A stretch of DNA of 63,787 nucleotides, filler included, from Chrysochromulina tobinii (lineage: Eukaryota), in the NCBI GenBank assembly GCA_001275005.1. It is 8 parts of 8 records of this genome, joined end to end, with 100 filler letters (N's around TTAATTAATTAA, not from the genome) between each part and the next. Parts side by side here need not be neighbours in the genome. Positions count along the whole stretch, not along the records: positions 1 to 17,022 come from JWZX01000480.1; positions 17,123 to 26,777 come from JWZX01000481.1; 6 more parts are not named here. One strand, written 5' to 3'. Position 1 is the first letter of the stretch; every line of letters begins with the position of its first letter. Positions 10,433 through 21,213 of the stretch are shown piece by piece. A program made the translations under genes and the position numbers. The notes beneath the pieces are model-generated. The model saw only the letters and a list, made by a program, of their open reading frames with translations. It did not search any database and had not been told where the DNA came from.

Positions 10433-13400
10433 ATGAGTGCGCGTGGCTCTACCGGCGCCACGGCCGTGAACACAGCCACGCGCGCGCGCGAAACCGCGAA
10501 CACAGTCACCAAGGACTTTCTCACCTTCTCGCAGCCGTTCATACACGAGGGCGCACTGCTCTCAAGCTCCACCTCTGGCCGGCGGCTTTTCATCCACCAC
10601 CTGTCGGAGGTGCCACTCGGGACGGATGTCTTCACGACCCAAATAGGCAATCAGCTGAAGCGCACCGACAAGAACACGGTGGCAATGGGCGACATCAAAC
10701 TCGACATCAAGCCGTTTCCAGAGGGGATCGCGAACGTGCCGACACCCAAGATCATCTCGCAGGTCCCGACGGCCGCATTCACCGGGCCGGCGGAGGCGCG
10801 CGATAAGTTGGCGGTGCAGCTCATCAACAAGGGCAAGGAGGCCAACTCGGCGGGCGAGTTTGCCGCCGCCTGCGCCTGCTTCGAGTCGGCGTACGCGCTC
10901 GCCAGGCGAGAGGGTATGCTTGTGTCAGCGGCCAACATGCGGCTCAAGCTGGGAGACGCGTATACTGCGGCGGCCATGTACCGGCAGTTACTCAGCGACC
11001 CCGGTCTCCTCGATGCCAAGGAGCGCGATATGGCCACGCGAAAGCTGAAGGAGGCCCAAGACGTCCTAAAGACCCAGGGCGGCGGGGACCCGGCGGCACG
11101 CGGCACAGGTGGCAGCAGCGGCGGGAAAGGTGGCAGCAGCGGCGGCGGCAAAGGTGGAGGCTTTGCCGACTTTGAAGCCGACTTTGGCGGCGGCGGCGGT
11201 GACGACAATGAGGGGTCTGACGATGGGTTTGCGGACTTTGACGATGCGCCTCCGCCGCCCAAGTCCAGTCGAGCTGCCCCGCCGGCGGCGCCCAAGACGG
11301 CGCCGCCGCTCGCCTTTGGCAACGGCGGGTCGAACTCGTTCTCTGCGGATTTCGACGATGGCGACGGAGAGCCGGACTTTGACGACGGGTTTGCGGACTT
11401 CGACGACGCACCGCCGCCTTCGTCGAAGCCGGCGCCGCCGCCGTCCTCACGCCCATCGCCGCCCGCGGCGGCGCGCCCAGCGCCGGCGCCTCCGGCGAAG
11501 CCCGCGCCCGCGCCGGCGCTGGCGCCGATGAAGCAAGCCACCTCCGGAGGGCTCGTGAGCTTTGGCGACGCCGACCCCTTCGATGATGACTTTGATGACG
11601 CCGCCTTCGAGGCTGAGCAAGCCGCCGCGCGCCGCCCGGCATCGGTTGGCACGCTCGCCGCGAAAGCACCCAGCGGCGGAGGTGGCAACTCGCTCTTTGC
11701 AAGCTTCGGTGCTGACGATGAGCCAGACGGCTTCGCCGCCTTCGGTGCCCCCCCGGCGGCTGCGCCCAAGCCGGCAGCTCCTCCCACGCCTGCCCCACCG
11801 CCGCAGCAGCCTCCCCAGCCTCCGTCAGCCTCCCGCGCTGCTGGTGGCGTCGTCGTGGGCGCCGCCGGATCGGCGTCGGCGTCGCCGGCCGAGGGCGAGG
11901 CAGTGCGCCGGCTCGAGGCACGCCTAAAGGCCCTCGAGGAGCTCGTGCGCGCTGGACCGTCCAAATTAGCCTTGGAGCAGACGAGCCAAAAGGTCGACTC
12001 GCTCAGCGCGCAGGTCGAGAGACGGCTCGCCGGGGTGAAGAAGGGCATGGGGGCGCTGCACGAGCGGCTCACGGCTGTCGAGCTGGCGATGGCGAAGCTG
12101 CCCGAGCATCTCAAGACCTTCAAGACGAAGAACAGGGAGCAGGCCCAGATAGGTCGCGAGCATGCCGAGCAGATCGCCGCGCTCCAGAAGGCCATCCCCG
12201 CCCTAGGTCTCGCAGCCAAGGAATGCTCAGCCCGGGTCGCGGAGCTCCAGGTCTTTGCCGCCACGCTTGCCGAGAGCCACAGCAGCAGCAGCGGCAATGG
12301 CGGCGGCAATGGCGGCGGCAATGGCGGCGGCCTCGTGCACACATCGTTGGTGCTCGGAGTGCCCGTGCCCGCGCCGACGCCCGCGACCCTGCCCGTCCCC
12401 GCCCCTGCGACCGCGCCACACCCTCCGGCTGCGGCAGCCGATGACTTTAGCGACTTTGGCGGCTTTGGCGGCGCGCCCGCGCCTGCGACCGCGCCACACC
12501 CTCCTGCTGCGGCAGCCGATGACTTTAGCGACTTTGGCGGCTTCGGCGGCGCGCCCGCGCCTGCGACCGCGCCACCCCCTCCTGCTGCGGCAGCCGATGG
12601 CTTTAGCGACTTTGGCGGCTTTGGCGGCGCGCCCGCGCCTGCGACCGCGCCACACCCTCCTGCTGCGGCAGCCGATGACTTTGGCGGCTTCGACGCGGCG
12701 CCTCCGAACGAGCCGCCAGCTGCATCCGAAGGCCGAACTCCGTTACCTGCGGATGATTTCGGGAGCTTCGGCGCCGCGCCGCCGTCGGTCGAGGCGGCTG
12801 CTGCTGAGAAGGCTGCGGCTGAGAAGGCTGCGGCTGAGAAGGCGGCGGCCGAGGCGGCGGCGGCTGAGAAGGCCGCGGCTGAGAAGGCGGCGGCCGAGGC
12901 GGCTGCGGCCGTGGCTGAGAAGGCGGCGGCCGAGGCGGCGGCGGCTGAGAAGGCCGCGGCTGAGACGGCCGCGGCCGAGGCGGCTGCTGCTGAGAAGGCC
13001 GCGGCTGAGAAGGCGGCGGCCGAGGCGGCGGCGGCTGAGAAGGCCGCGGCTGAGAAGGCGGCGGCCGAGGTGGCGGCGGCTGAGAAGGCCGCGGCTGAGA
13101 AGGCGGCGGCCGAGGCGGCGGCGGCTGAGAAGGCCGCGGCTGAGAAGGCTGCGGCCGAGGCGGCTGAGAGGGCGGCGGCCGAGGCTGCGGCCGCTGAAAA
13201 GGCAGCGGCGGAGGCGGCGGCAGCCGCACAGCCGCTGGGGACGCCAGCCACGCCAGGGCCAGATGGATTTGTAGACTTCGGTAGCGCTCACGGCAGCGCT
13301 CCCTCTGGCAGTGAGGCACCGTCGCTCAACGACTTCGAGCCCCCGTCACCGGGCGGTGACGGACTCGTGGCTTTTGGCAATTTCACGCCGGCGAAGCTCG

Positions 13401-13483
13401 AGGCGCAATCCAACTCGTTCCAAGACAGCGGCGCCACCGTGACCGACGATGAGTTCAACGCCCTCTTCGGCCCGACGGAGTGA
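10433..13483 (+). CDS. TPR + coiled-coil protein with many FADF/DFGGF acidic-Phe motifs and an AAAEK repeat
   Basis: TPR-like [21 protein letters not shown]; more than 10 FxDF/DFGxF motifs; internal tandem repeats; first plausible ATG 10433. Confidence 0.75.
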   Translation: MSARGSTGATAVNTATRARETANTVTKDFLTFSQPFIHEGALLSSSTSGRRLFIHHLSEVPLGTDVFTTQIGNQLKRTDKNTVAMGDIKLDIKPFPEGIANVPTPKIISQVPTAAFTGPAEARDKLAVQLINKGKEANSAGEFAAACACFESAYALARREGMLVSAANMRLKLGDAYTAAAMYRQLLSDPGLLDAKERDMATRKLKEAQDVLKTQGGGDPAARGTGGSSGGKGGSSGGGKGGGFADFEADFGGGGGDDNEGSDDGFADFDDAPPPPKSSRAAPPAAPKTAPPLAFGNGGSNSFSADFDDGDGEPDFDDGFADFDDAPPPSSKPAPPPSSRPSPPAAARPAPAPPAKPAPAPALAPMKQATSGGLVSFGDADPFDDDFDDAAFEAEQAAARRPASVGTLAAKAPSGGGGNSLFASFGADDEPDGFAAFGAPPAAAPKPAAPPTPAPPPQQPPQPPSASRAAGGVVVGAAGSASASPAEGEAVRRLEARLKALEELVRAGPSKLALEQTSQKVDSLSAQVERRLAGVKKGMGALHERLTAVELAMAKLPEHLKTFKTKNREQAQIGREHAEQIAALQKAIPALGLAAKECSARVAELQVFAATLAESHSSSSGNGGGNGGGNGGGLVHTSLVLGVPVPAPTPATLPVPAPATAPHPPAAAADDFSDFGGFGGAPAPATAPHPPAAAADDFSDFGGFGGAPAPATAPPPPAAAADGFSDFGGFGGAPAPATAPHPPAAAADDFGGFDAAPPNEPPAASEGRTPLPADDFGSFGAAPPSVEAAAAEKAAAEKAAAEKAAAEAAAAEKAAAEKAAAEAAAAVAEKAAAEAAAAEKAAAETAAAEAAAAEKAAAEKAAAEAAAAEKAAAEKAAAEVAAAEKAAAEKAAAEAAAAEKAAAEKAAAEAAERAAAEAAAAEKAAAEAAAAAQPLGTPATPGPDGFVDFGSAHGSAPSGSEAPSLNDFEPPSPGGDGLVAFGNFTPAKLEAQSNSFQDSGATVTDDEFNALFGPTE
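12400..12700 (+). repeat. Coding tandem repeat, ~78-bp unit ([26 protein letters not shown]) x ~3.7
   Basis: Directly visible near-identical copies. Confidence 0.9.
12790..13225 (+). repeat. Coding 15-bp-unit repeat ([10 protein letters not shown])
   Basis: GCGGCTGAGAAGGCC-type units repeated more than 20 times. Confidence 0.9.
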
Positions 13484-13854
13484 GAGGCGACGCTGGAGCA
13501 CGAGCTCGGCGCTGGCTGGCTTCATACCAGCCATATCTGTAAATCCTCCGCCTGGTCGGCCGGACGCGCTGCAGACGGGAGAGCGTGCCATCTGTTTCCT
13601 GCGGATTGTGCGCAGCAAGAGAACGAAGGTAATACGTGAGGAGTGCATGCGTGAGGGAGGCGCGCGTGTGGGTCGTGAGCAGTGCCGTTGTCGTGTAGAG
13701 AAGCGAGAAGAAGCATGCATTGCCGTCGATTTCGCAAGTTTCACTTTTCCACCAAAGAAGGAGGACTGTTTCGCCACAAGCCTTCACCTTCAAGGTCAAG
13801 CGCTCTCGCTCTCGGTTGGGTCAAGCTCAAAGGCTCAAGCGGACCCGCCGCGTC

Positions 13855-14953
13855 ATGTCGGACGCCGCGAATCCGTCCACCCGGAACATCATGCCCAGGC
13901 GCGAGGGTGTACCTAGCCCCATGGACTATCGCAGCGGCAGCGGTATGACATATGCCGAGCAGCTTCGCAAGGCCTCGTGGAACACAGAGTACGACGTCCC
14001 CAAAATCGGGCAGAAGTCGGCTGCCATGCAGATGCCAGAGCTGCGTCAGCATAAGGGGTTCAAGGACGGCGAGCACTACCTGCACCCAACCAAGTTCACG
14101 GCGCTCGCCCACAGCGACCACCTCAGCTACGCCAAGTGCAACCCCGAGCTCGGCATCCTCTGGAATGGCAACCCGGACCTCAAGAAAGTGCACGAGCGCC
14201 TCTACCTCGGGTCGAGGGTGCTTCAGCGAGTGCCGCGCCGCTCAGCCTCGAACCTGCTCGAGATGGCCGCGGACGTTGCGTTCCAGTGCGTGGAGCCCGA
14301 GGACGCCGTCCCACTGTACAATGCGGCCATCAAACAGACTCCGTAAGCTCACGCCCCGAGATTACCCGAGAGGAAACGGAGATTGATAGGCGCATGCAAC
14401 GTCCCGTTTGCCGCATGCAACGTCCCGCTCACGCGTCGCGCGTGTGCCTTGCCTCTCCGCCGTTCGCGCACACAGCACGGCCTTGTTCGCGTATGAGAAG
14501 CGATGCGCTGCCTACGCCGAGCTCGGTCGTTACCGCGAGGCGCTCTCTGACGCGGAGTTCATCTTACAGCACACCACGACCGACCGGGGAGCCGCGCTCG
14601 CGCGGGTCAAGGCTATCAAGGACTACATGCGCCGCACGAACAACTTCGACAATGGGTACCACCAGGCCACCACTACGCTCATCTGCCTGCTGCGGCCGCG
14701 CGAGCATCGACAGCTCACCCAATCACGTCCCTCGACCTACGGGGGCCCATTGGAGAAGACCTCTCGCTTCGGGCGCGGCATGACGAGCTCGACGTCGATG
14801 GGCTCGATCTTGGGTTGGGACACGGACGGCGACGGACGCGTCGACATGACTGAGTTCCGTGAGCGCATTGCTACGCTGGGGTTCAAGGCCGCAAAGAAGG
14901 AGAGAGATGTCTTTGGTGGCAAAGGCAAGGTGAGCAGCCATGCCGAGTACTGA
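13855..14953 (+). CDS. TPR and EF-hand protein, two exons (13855-14342, 14476-14953)
   Basis: GTAAGC donor at 14343 and CACAG acceptor at 14475 join the two ORFs in frame to give a TPR (..AIKQTPTALFAYEKRCAAYAELGRYREAL); EF-hand DTDGDGRVDMTEF. Confidence 0.8.
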
Positions 14954-15448
14954 GCATGGCTGGCCCTCAGTGCTGGCGAGACTGAGCTCGCCGAGCGCGG
15001 GGGGTCGGCTGTGCGGGAGGCGCATCTCGAGCGCATCTCGATCATGTCTCCATCGATCTTACCATCGATCGGGTGCGACTTATCTGTTGCGCCTCAGGGG
15101 CGCGTGTCGGGTCAGGGGCTTCAACACGCGGTGCGGGGGAGTAGCGGGGGAGCTGGGGGAGCATCGAGCTGTAGCGCCCACGCGCGGGCCAGCCTGCTCA
15201 TGCTGTCCGGCCTAGTCCGGCCCGCTTGCTTGCTTCTTCTTGAGGGCTGTGCTGCCGTGTTGCTGCCGTGAGCCGTGAGCTTGCTTTAAGCTTGCTTTTC
15301 CGTACCGTAGGACAAGGATCGATGGGGTGAATGGGGCGATGTCATGGGTGATATGTGATGGGTGGCGGGTCTCGAGGTGTGAAACGAAAGACAATGTCAA
15401 CTTGATCGTTCTTTTCTACGCCCACCCACGACCGTCGACCCCTTTCCG

Positions 15449-15585
15449 CACAGCAACACTATTGAGGGAGTAATTGGGTCAATAATTGATGATCCGCTCA
15501 ATAGTTGGTTTTGGGGCCCCAATAATTGAGTCGGACCCAATAATTGGCTCAACAGTTGAGCCAATTATTGAGCTAATAGTGCTGT
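15449..15585. repeat. Array of ~6 palindromic CAATAATTG/CAATTATTG/CAAYAGTTG motifs (subterminal repeats)
   Basis: AT-rich, directly visible; CACTATT...AATAGTG flanks. Confidence 0.75.
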
Positions 15586-15668
15586 CTGCGTATTCACACG
15601 CATCATTCACAGTACATGAGATATTGGATATATATGAGATCTAATCGAGATAACACCGACTGCTATAC

Positions 15669-16984
15669 CTACAGCCGAGCCTTTAGAGCATGCCCACTAC
15701 GCAGTGACCAATACTTCATGATTGACACAGTTTCACTCTTCCAATTGCTTAATGATGCACCCTTCTTGATCACTTTATTGAAGCCCTCGAAGCCAAAGCA
15801 CCAGTAGCCGCGCGGAGGCCCATACCTCCACGCATCCATCGCAACATGCTGTGCAAAGTGATGCTTGGGCCGCTTGAGCCCCTCGTACTCGGCCTGTCGG
15901 CCACGTTGTCGAACAGCTGCGAGTGCTCGTGCACGAGGTTGTCGATGCGCTCCACATCTGACACCTCCAAGCGCACTTGGATGACAAGCGCAAACAGCTC
16001 GACGAGTTTGAGCCAGCAGATCCATGCAGGGTGCGCCTTCATCTGTGGCGTAAGCAGAGGATCAAGAATCTGATGGGAGTGCAGCGCGAAGTGCATCATC
16101 TGTGAGCCAGTCATGCGCATCACAGCCTTCGCTGAAGGCTTGCCACCCTTCACACCCTTCTTGAGATCGTCGTGAAGGTCAGGGACACGCACGTCTGCGG
16201 GCAACGACGTGCATGCGCGCACGGCATGTCGCACAGCACGCAGATCGAGTCCAAGCTTGATGAGAATGTAGAACAGCCAGGCGCACTCTGAGCGCAAGAT
16301 TCCGTCCGGGAAGAGGTGCAGGATGTCCTGCGGGGCTATGTCGGTTGGGGTCACGTGCGGTACGTAAGTTGGGTCAAAGGCGAACACACGCTTGTTGATG
16401 CCGTTCTCGGTGAACTCTTTCTTCAGGTGTTTTCCTGAGAGGCCGCGGCAGCGCTCGAGCAGGGCCTTGAGCATCGGCCACGAGCGCAGCGATGGCCCCG
16501 ATGGGCGTGCACTCTTCGCGGCACCGGGCTCTGGTGCAGGCGGACGTACAAAGGAGTGAGCTGCATTCGCATAGGCTGCCCGAGAGTCACAGTCGCACTG
16601 GCGGCAAAACAGATGCGCGCCTGTGCTCTCCATGAACGGGAGTAGGCTGTTTGCGGCGAGCATGTCTGCGGCCACGAGAAGCACCCAAGCGCGGAGGCGC
16701 ACACGTCGCATTCCACCGTACTCGTCTGGGATTGTGATCCACACACCTGCATCAAGCCGTCGTAGATCCTCAGCGAGATTGGGCTCTTGATGTTGGACGC
16801 GATCCTGGTCCACGCCGCAGAAGACGCGCGCCATGCCGTGCGTTTTGTACACGCTGGATCGGGCGAGGCCGGCCAAGAGCAGGTTGTCCATCTTGAAGCG
16901 CTCCTCGGGATCAAGGGACAAGGACGCGACCTGGATGCCGCAGTGCTTGTGCTTCCCGCGTGCAACACCTAGCGCGTTGCAGAG
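15669..16984 (-). pseudogene. Transposase exon frameshifted by an 8-bp insertion at ~15895
   Basis: ORFs 15770..17005 and 15669..16025 join in frame if 8 bp of TCGGCC-TG-TCGGCC are removed; TCGCAG acceptor at 16985-16990 suggests the exon start. Confidence 0.72.
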
Positions 16985-17022
16985 CTGCGATCCCAAGGGC
17001 AACACATTTCCGTATCAGTGAG

Positions 17023-17122
17023 NNNNNNNNNNNNNNNNNNNNNNNNNNNNNNNNNNNNNNNNNNNNTTAATTAATTAANNNNNNNNNNNNNNNNNNNNNN
17101 NNNNNNNNNNNNNNNNNNNNNN
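17023..17122. other. Artificial contig linker N44-TTAATTAATTAA-N44
   Basis: Six-frame stop spacer flanked by Ns. Confidence 0.98.
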
Positions 17123-18150
17123 CGCCACCGCCGTCGTCGCCGCCGCCGCTGCCAGTACCACCGCTGTTGCCGCCGCCGCCAGCACCGCCATCGCCGCCGC
17201 CGCCAGCACCACCATCGCCGCCGCCGCCACCCCCGCCGCCACCAACGTAGGCGTCGCCGCCCGTAGCTCGCCGTGGAGATGTTGGGGAGCTGTAGCGCAG
17301 GCCTCCGCGAGCACCGGTGTGCGCAGAAATGGGCGCGAGCCGTCCTCCGGAGCCGACATCGGTCGCCCACGCGCTGAGCTGCCCGTCGGAGCTGCCGATG
17401 CGCGCGCCTGACCGGGTCTTTGACGATGTCGGTGCGATCATGGTTGGATCATGGGTCGGGTGGTGCTGGAGAAGGGTGTGGGCGCTAACGGCGCTTTTCG
17501 AGCTCGGAGAGGAGACCCGGGACACGTGTCGATGACGATCGCGCAAGATCCACAAGATGATTTGTTTAAAGTTTTGATGAATTTATTATTCGTAATTTTA
17601 TGTCGTTGTCCTCTAGGCACTAAACGGTAACGACCCAAAGTCGAAACAGCAAATACTAAACCGAACGGTAGTACGAACACCGCGATATCTTTCACATGAT
17701 GTTCCTTACTCCGACTTCGCGTCGGGCACGACCGTAGTGACCGGGCGCGGCCGGCGGAGCACGATCCATGGCCCCGTTCCTGACGCGATGCGCCCAAGGC
17801 CCGCGAGGATCTGCACGACGAAGAGCACGGCAAGCGCGCTCCACAGCTGGTTGAGCGAGAGCGCGCGCGCGCCATCTTCGGCACGAACACGAGAAGCGCG
17901 TCACACAGCGCGTGTGCGTGTGTGCGTCTAACATCACACATCGTTCGATTCAGAAACCCCCGGCATCTACTCCGCCCCTGCGCGCGCGCGCTGTTTTCTT
18001 ACTGTAAATTTGACTCTAGTGAGCCGTGTACTTTTCATAGATTGTCCTATAGACGATTCACAATTTTTTGCATGCATTAACAGAAATCGTTTCGCGACTT
18101 GCCCGTTTCGTTTTTTCGCAGTGTCCTCTAAATCTGCGCAGCGGTCCACG

Positions 18151-19035
18151 ATGCCGCCAAGAAAGAAGGGCGGGCACGTCACGTCGGCGCGGCAAAAGGC
18201 GAGGGCGCTTGAGCTCGCTAGGCACGCGTGCACCATCTACATCTACGCGATCATCCTCCTCGACCCGCCGAAGAAGTACGAGCATCTCAAGGGCATCCAG
18301 AGGATCGGCCAGGCCGCCGACCACATGGGTATGGGGCGGGACGCAGTCCTCGCGCGCCGTCTTCGCCAATACGTACAAAATCGTGGCTCGTCCGCGTTTT
18401 CCGAGTTGGTGGAAGAGATTGGCTGGGCTTGTTTCAGCGACATGGTTGTCCTCGAGATCATCACGGAGAAAGCAATGCCAGCGCATCAGGCGTTGACAGC
18501 GAAGCGCGAGGACTTGCCGCGCGTGGCGTGTCATCGACGAGGTGACGTACGAGAAATAGCGTGGATAGCCCAAAAGGGCACGTGGCGTGGCCCCAACGTC
18601 GACCACCCCGAGAAGCAGACCCTGAACGAGCAGAAGGGCGGGCAGGGTGACGAATGGGCGCGCATTGAGGCGGCGGTACGGTCTGAGATGTCCCAGGCCA
18701 AAGAGGCATGTGCTCATTATGCTCGCCGCCGCGAATGCCTGATCTGTTGCCCCAACCCCAAGAGCTGTGATTTTGAGGGCTGTGGCAGCATCTTTCGCAA
18801 TTGGAGCACCTTGGAGGCGCACCAGCGCAAGCACACGGGCGACCTGCCGTTTGGCTGCGACCACGAGGGCTGCGGCAAGCGCTTCACGCAGGCGGGCCAC
18901 CTGGAGGCGCACCAGCGCACGCACACGGGCGACCAGCCGTTTGCCTGCGACCACGAGGGCTGCGGCATGCCGGCGTCACGCTGTCGATGCGCCCGCCGGG
19001 AGATGCGCTGGCGGGCTTGGCGCAGCTCCACGTAG
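18151..19035 (+). CDS. GIY-YIG-like domain fused to C2H2 zinc fingers; 3' end disrupted
   Basis: IYIYAI..RIGQ..RR..REIAWI..TLNEQKGG pattern; fingers CDFEGC..HQRKHTG and CDHEGC..HQRTHTG; third finger breaks off after CDHEGCG. Confidence 0.65.
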   Translation: MPPRKKGGHVTSARQKARALELARHACTIYIYAIILLDPPKKYEHLKGIQRIGQAADHMGMGRDAVLARRLRQYVQNRGSSAFSELVEEIGWACFSDMVVLEIITEKAMPAHQALTAKREDLPRVACHRRGDVREIAWIAQKGTWRGPNVDHPEKQTLNEQKGGQGDEWARIEAAVRSEMSQAKEACAHYARRRECLICCPNPKSCDFEGCGSIFRNWSTLEAHQRKHTGDLPFGCDHEGCGKRFTQAGHLEAHQRTHTGDQPFACDHEGCGMPASRCRCARREMRWRAWRSST

Positions 19036-19169
19036 GTCCGCGGCGGCAGACCTGCCTGTCCGAGCTGGGCTTATGCGACGAGGCGGTGGCGTGGTGGGCG
19101 CGGTCGCTCGGCCACGCGCTCGGCCAACGTCTGGCGCGCCGATCGAGCGCCGCCGCGCTGCCGCCCTGG

Positions 19170-19260
19170 GGCCTGCGATCCATGCACACGCCGGGCGATG
19201 GCAACTGCCTGCTGCACGCGCTGCTCCAAGCGACCCTCGGCGTGTGCGACACGAGATTGC
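19170..19260 (+). pseudogene. OTU (A20/VCIP-type) deubiquitinase catalytic-Cys fragment
   Basis: HTPGDGNCLLHALLQATLGVCD in the frame of ORF 18801..19550; no His-box region follows. Confidence 0.55.
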
Positions 19261-20816
19261 CCGCTTCGTCCGACGAGCCCGGCGCCTCGACCCTCGCGGA
19301 GCTCGATGCTGGCGCGCGCCCGCGCGGCCGCGGATGCGTACTCCTCGGCGGCGGCGCTCCTTGGGTTTTGGGATTGGAGCTCGGGTGGGGAACAGAGTGC
19401 CGAGCAGAGCACGTCCGTGCAGCGCCCCAAGCGCGCTCGTGCCCCTCTTCAGCGCGCGCCTCCTTAGCCTCTGCTCGCGCAGACTTGGCAGACGGCGACC
19501 TTTATTTTCCGCCGACCATGCCACACCATCACAAACCACGCCATACGTAAACGATAATATGCCGCCTCTCTAGCTGGCATATGTGGTGGCCTTTGTGGCG
19601 ATACGGGTTAGATACGGGATGGCGGTGGTGGCATGTGGGTGGTGGACAATGCATCGGCGTGTAGTTAGGCGCGACGATGTGTGTGCGCCGGTTCGAGGTG
19701 CGGGCGGGGCGGCTGACCGGCGTGCGGTCGGAGATGACGGGCGTCGGTGGTGGTCTGGTGGGTGGCCAGGGAGTCGGCTGGCGGCGGGTACAGGGCTTTG
19801 ACCCCGAGTTCGGTTCATTTCAGTTACTACGTAAACAACAGACAACCTAACGGAAGCCGCTATCGAAACGTGCTCTCCTCAGGCCTGCAGCAGTGGGGGT
19901 GTGCGAGTCGTCGTAGATGGTGAGACACAATGGAAGGAGCACGAACGGGAAGGAGACCAGAAGGAGACACGCCACAGGGTATTAGCCTGCGTGCCCTCAG
20001 AGTACAGATAGAGATCAAAGAGCTTGCCGGGAAAAGCTCGACGTCGTGTGGTGCCGACGGCACCGAAGACGACTCGGGATCGCGATTCAGCGGCTGTGGT
20101 GGTGATTGGGATCAACCGAGGTCGGGGTGGCAGGCAGATGCGGCAGCGGCAGCCACGCTGGGCAGAGGCGGTGGCGTGCCCGTGTCGAAGCGCTCGGTCC
20201 AAAAGACCACCGCGCTCTCCAGCAAGACCACCGCGTACGGCAGCTTGATGGTCTCCCCATTCGGCAGCTCGAAGGTCGCCAGGTCAACCTGCAGAGCGCG
20301 CGCGGCGCCGCCTCGTAGATATGTGGGGCCGAGCTTGGCGCACTTTGAGAGCGCACCTATCGAGAGGAGCTCGGCCGTCGTCTCCGCCTGCCGACGCTGC
20401 TCCTGGCGCTCTTGCGAGACGCAGATGAACGGGCGGCATCGGGGGCGATCCTTGCCAAACGAGCCCGAGAGGATGCGCGTCGGCTTCGAGAGCATGCGCG
20501 TCGGCTTCGAGTCCCGCAGCAGAAGGGCAGCGACTTGCGACTTGCCCACGCGCGCCGTGGCGCCCAGAGAGGCGAGAGGCGATGAGGCGGCGCAGCAACG
20601 AGTAGAGCTCACGACCCTCTCGCCGCCAGAGGGCTCGAGTATCTCCAAGCCGCTCTACATGGTGGAGATCGCGGCGCGCCTCCGCTGCCGCGCCCCTCTA
20701 GCCAGGCCTGAACGTCGAGGACTTTTGTGCGCTTTTGTGCGGTGTGTTGAGGCGGCAGGAAGCCAATGTCGGTCTTCAAGGTTTGCGCGGCCATACGGAA
20801 AATCGTTTTTCGTCTC

Positions 20817-21125
20817 TTCCCACAGAACTAGTTCCTTCACTGTGTTCTGTGGGGAAAGAACTAGTTCTCAGTTCAGTTCGGTTCAGTTCTCAGTGTTCGT
20901 TCTGTGCGAGATTCGGCCTGTGAGAGGGGTGGACTCGCGCCGATCCGATGGTGACTTACCCACACAGAACTAGTTCGGAACTAGTTATTTCCCACAGAAC
21001 TAGTTCTCGTGGAACTAGTTCGGTGGAACTGAACTCGTTCTTTCCCACAGAGTTCTCGGAGTGCGTTCTCGTTCTCTCCCACGACCAGATCCGGAACTAG
21101 TTCTTTCCCACAAAACTAGTTCTCG
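20817..21125. repeat. Cluster of 8 palindromic GAACTAGTTC-type motifs with linked TTCCCACA motifs
   Basis: Copies at 20825, 20858, 20967, 20978, 20997, 21012, 21094 and 21113. Confidence 0.9.
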
Positions 21126-21213
21126 AGCGCGTTCTCGGCACAAGTTCTGCCCCACTGGAAAGGGAATCATCGATCAGATACTTCCCCCTTCCCCTTCACG
21201 CACCCAAATCGAA

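Larger units (their letters stand above)
15449..17022 (-). mobile_element. CMC/EnSpm (CACTA-like) DNA transposon, 3' part, truncated by the contig end
   Basis: Transposase motifs CNALG..GKHK, DILHLFPDG, KHHFAQH..GP..YWCFGFEGFN; CACAGCAA/CACTA-like end at 15449-15461 followed by subterminal repeats. Confidence 0.78.

Noticed and set aside
10651..13251. 866-aa antisense ORF and many other long overlapping ORFs
   Set aside because: Shadows of real genes caused by high GC and codon bias; no independent motifs.
17067..17078. TTAATTAATTAA motif recurring seven times
   Set aside because: Always centred in N44 blocks; it is an artificial six-frame-stop linker. ORFs running into it and any cross-linker gene clusters are not biological.
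20817..21125. CRISPR array or heat-shock elements
   Set aside because: Repeats are only 10 bp with irregular, non-unique spacing and no cas genes; GAA-N4-TTC does not fit the nGAAnnTTCn spacing.
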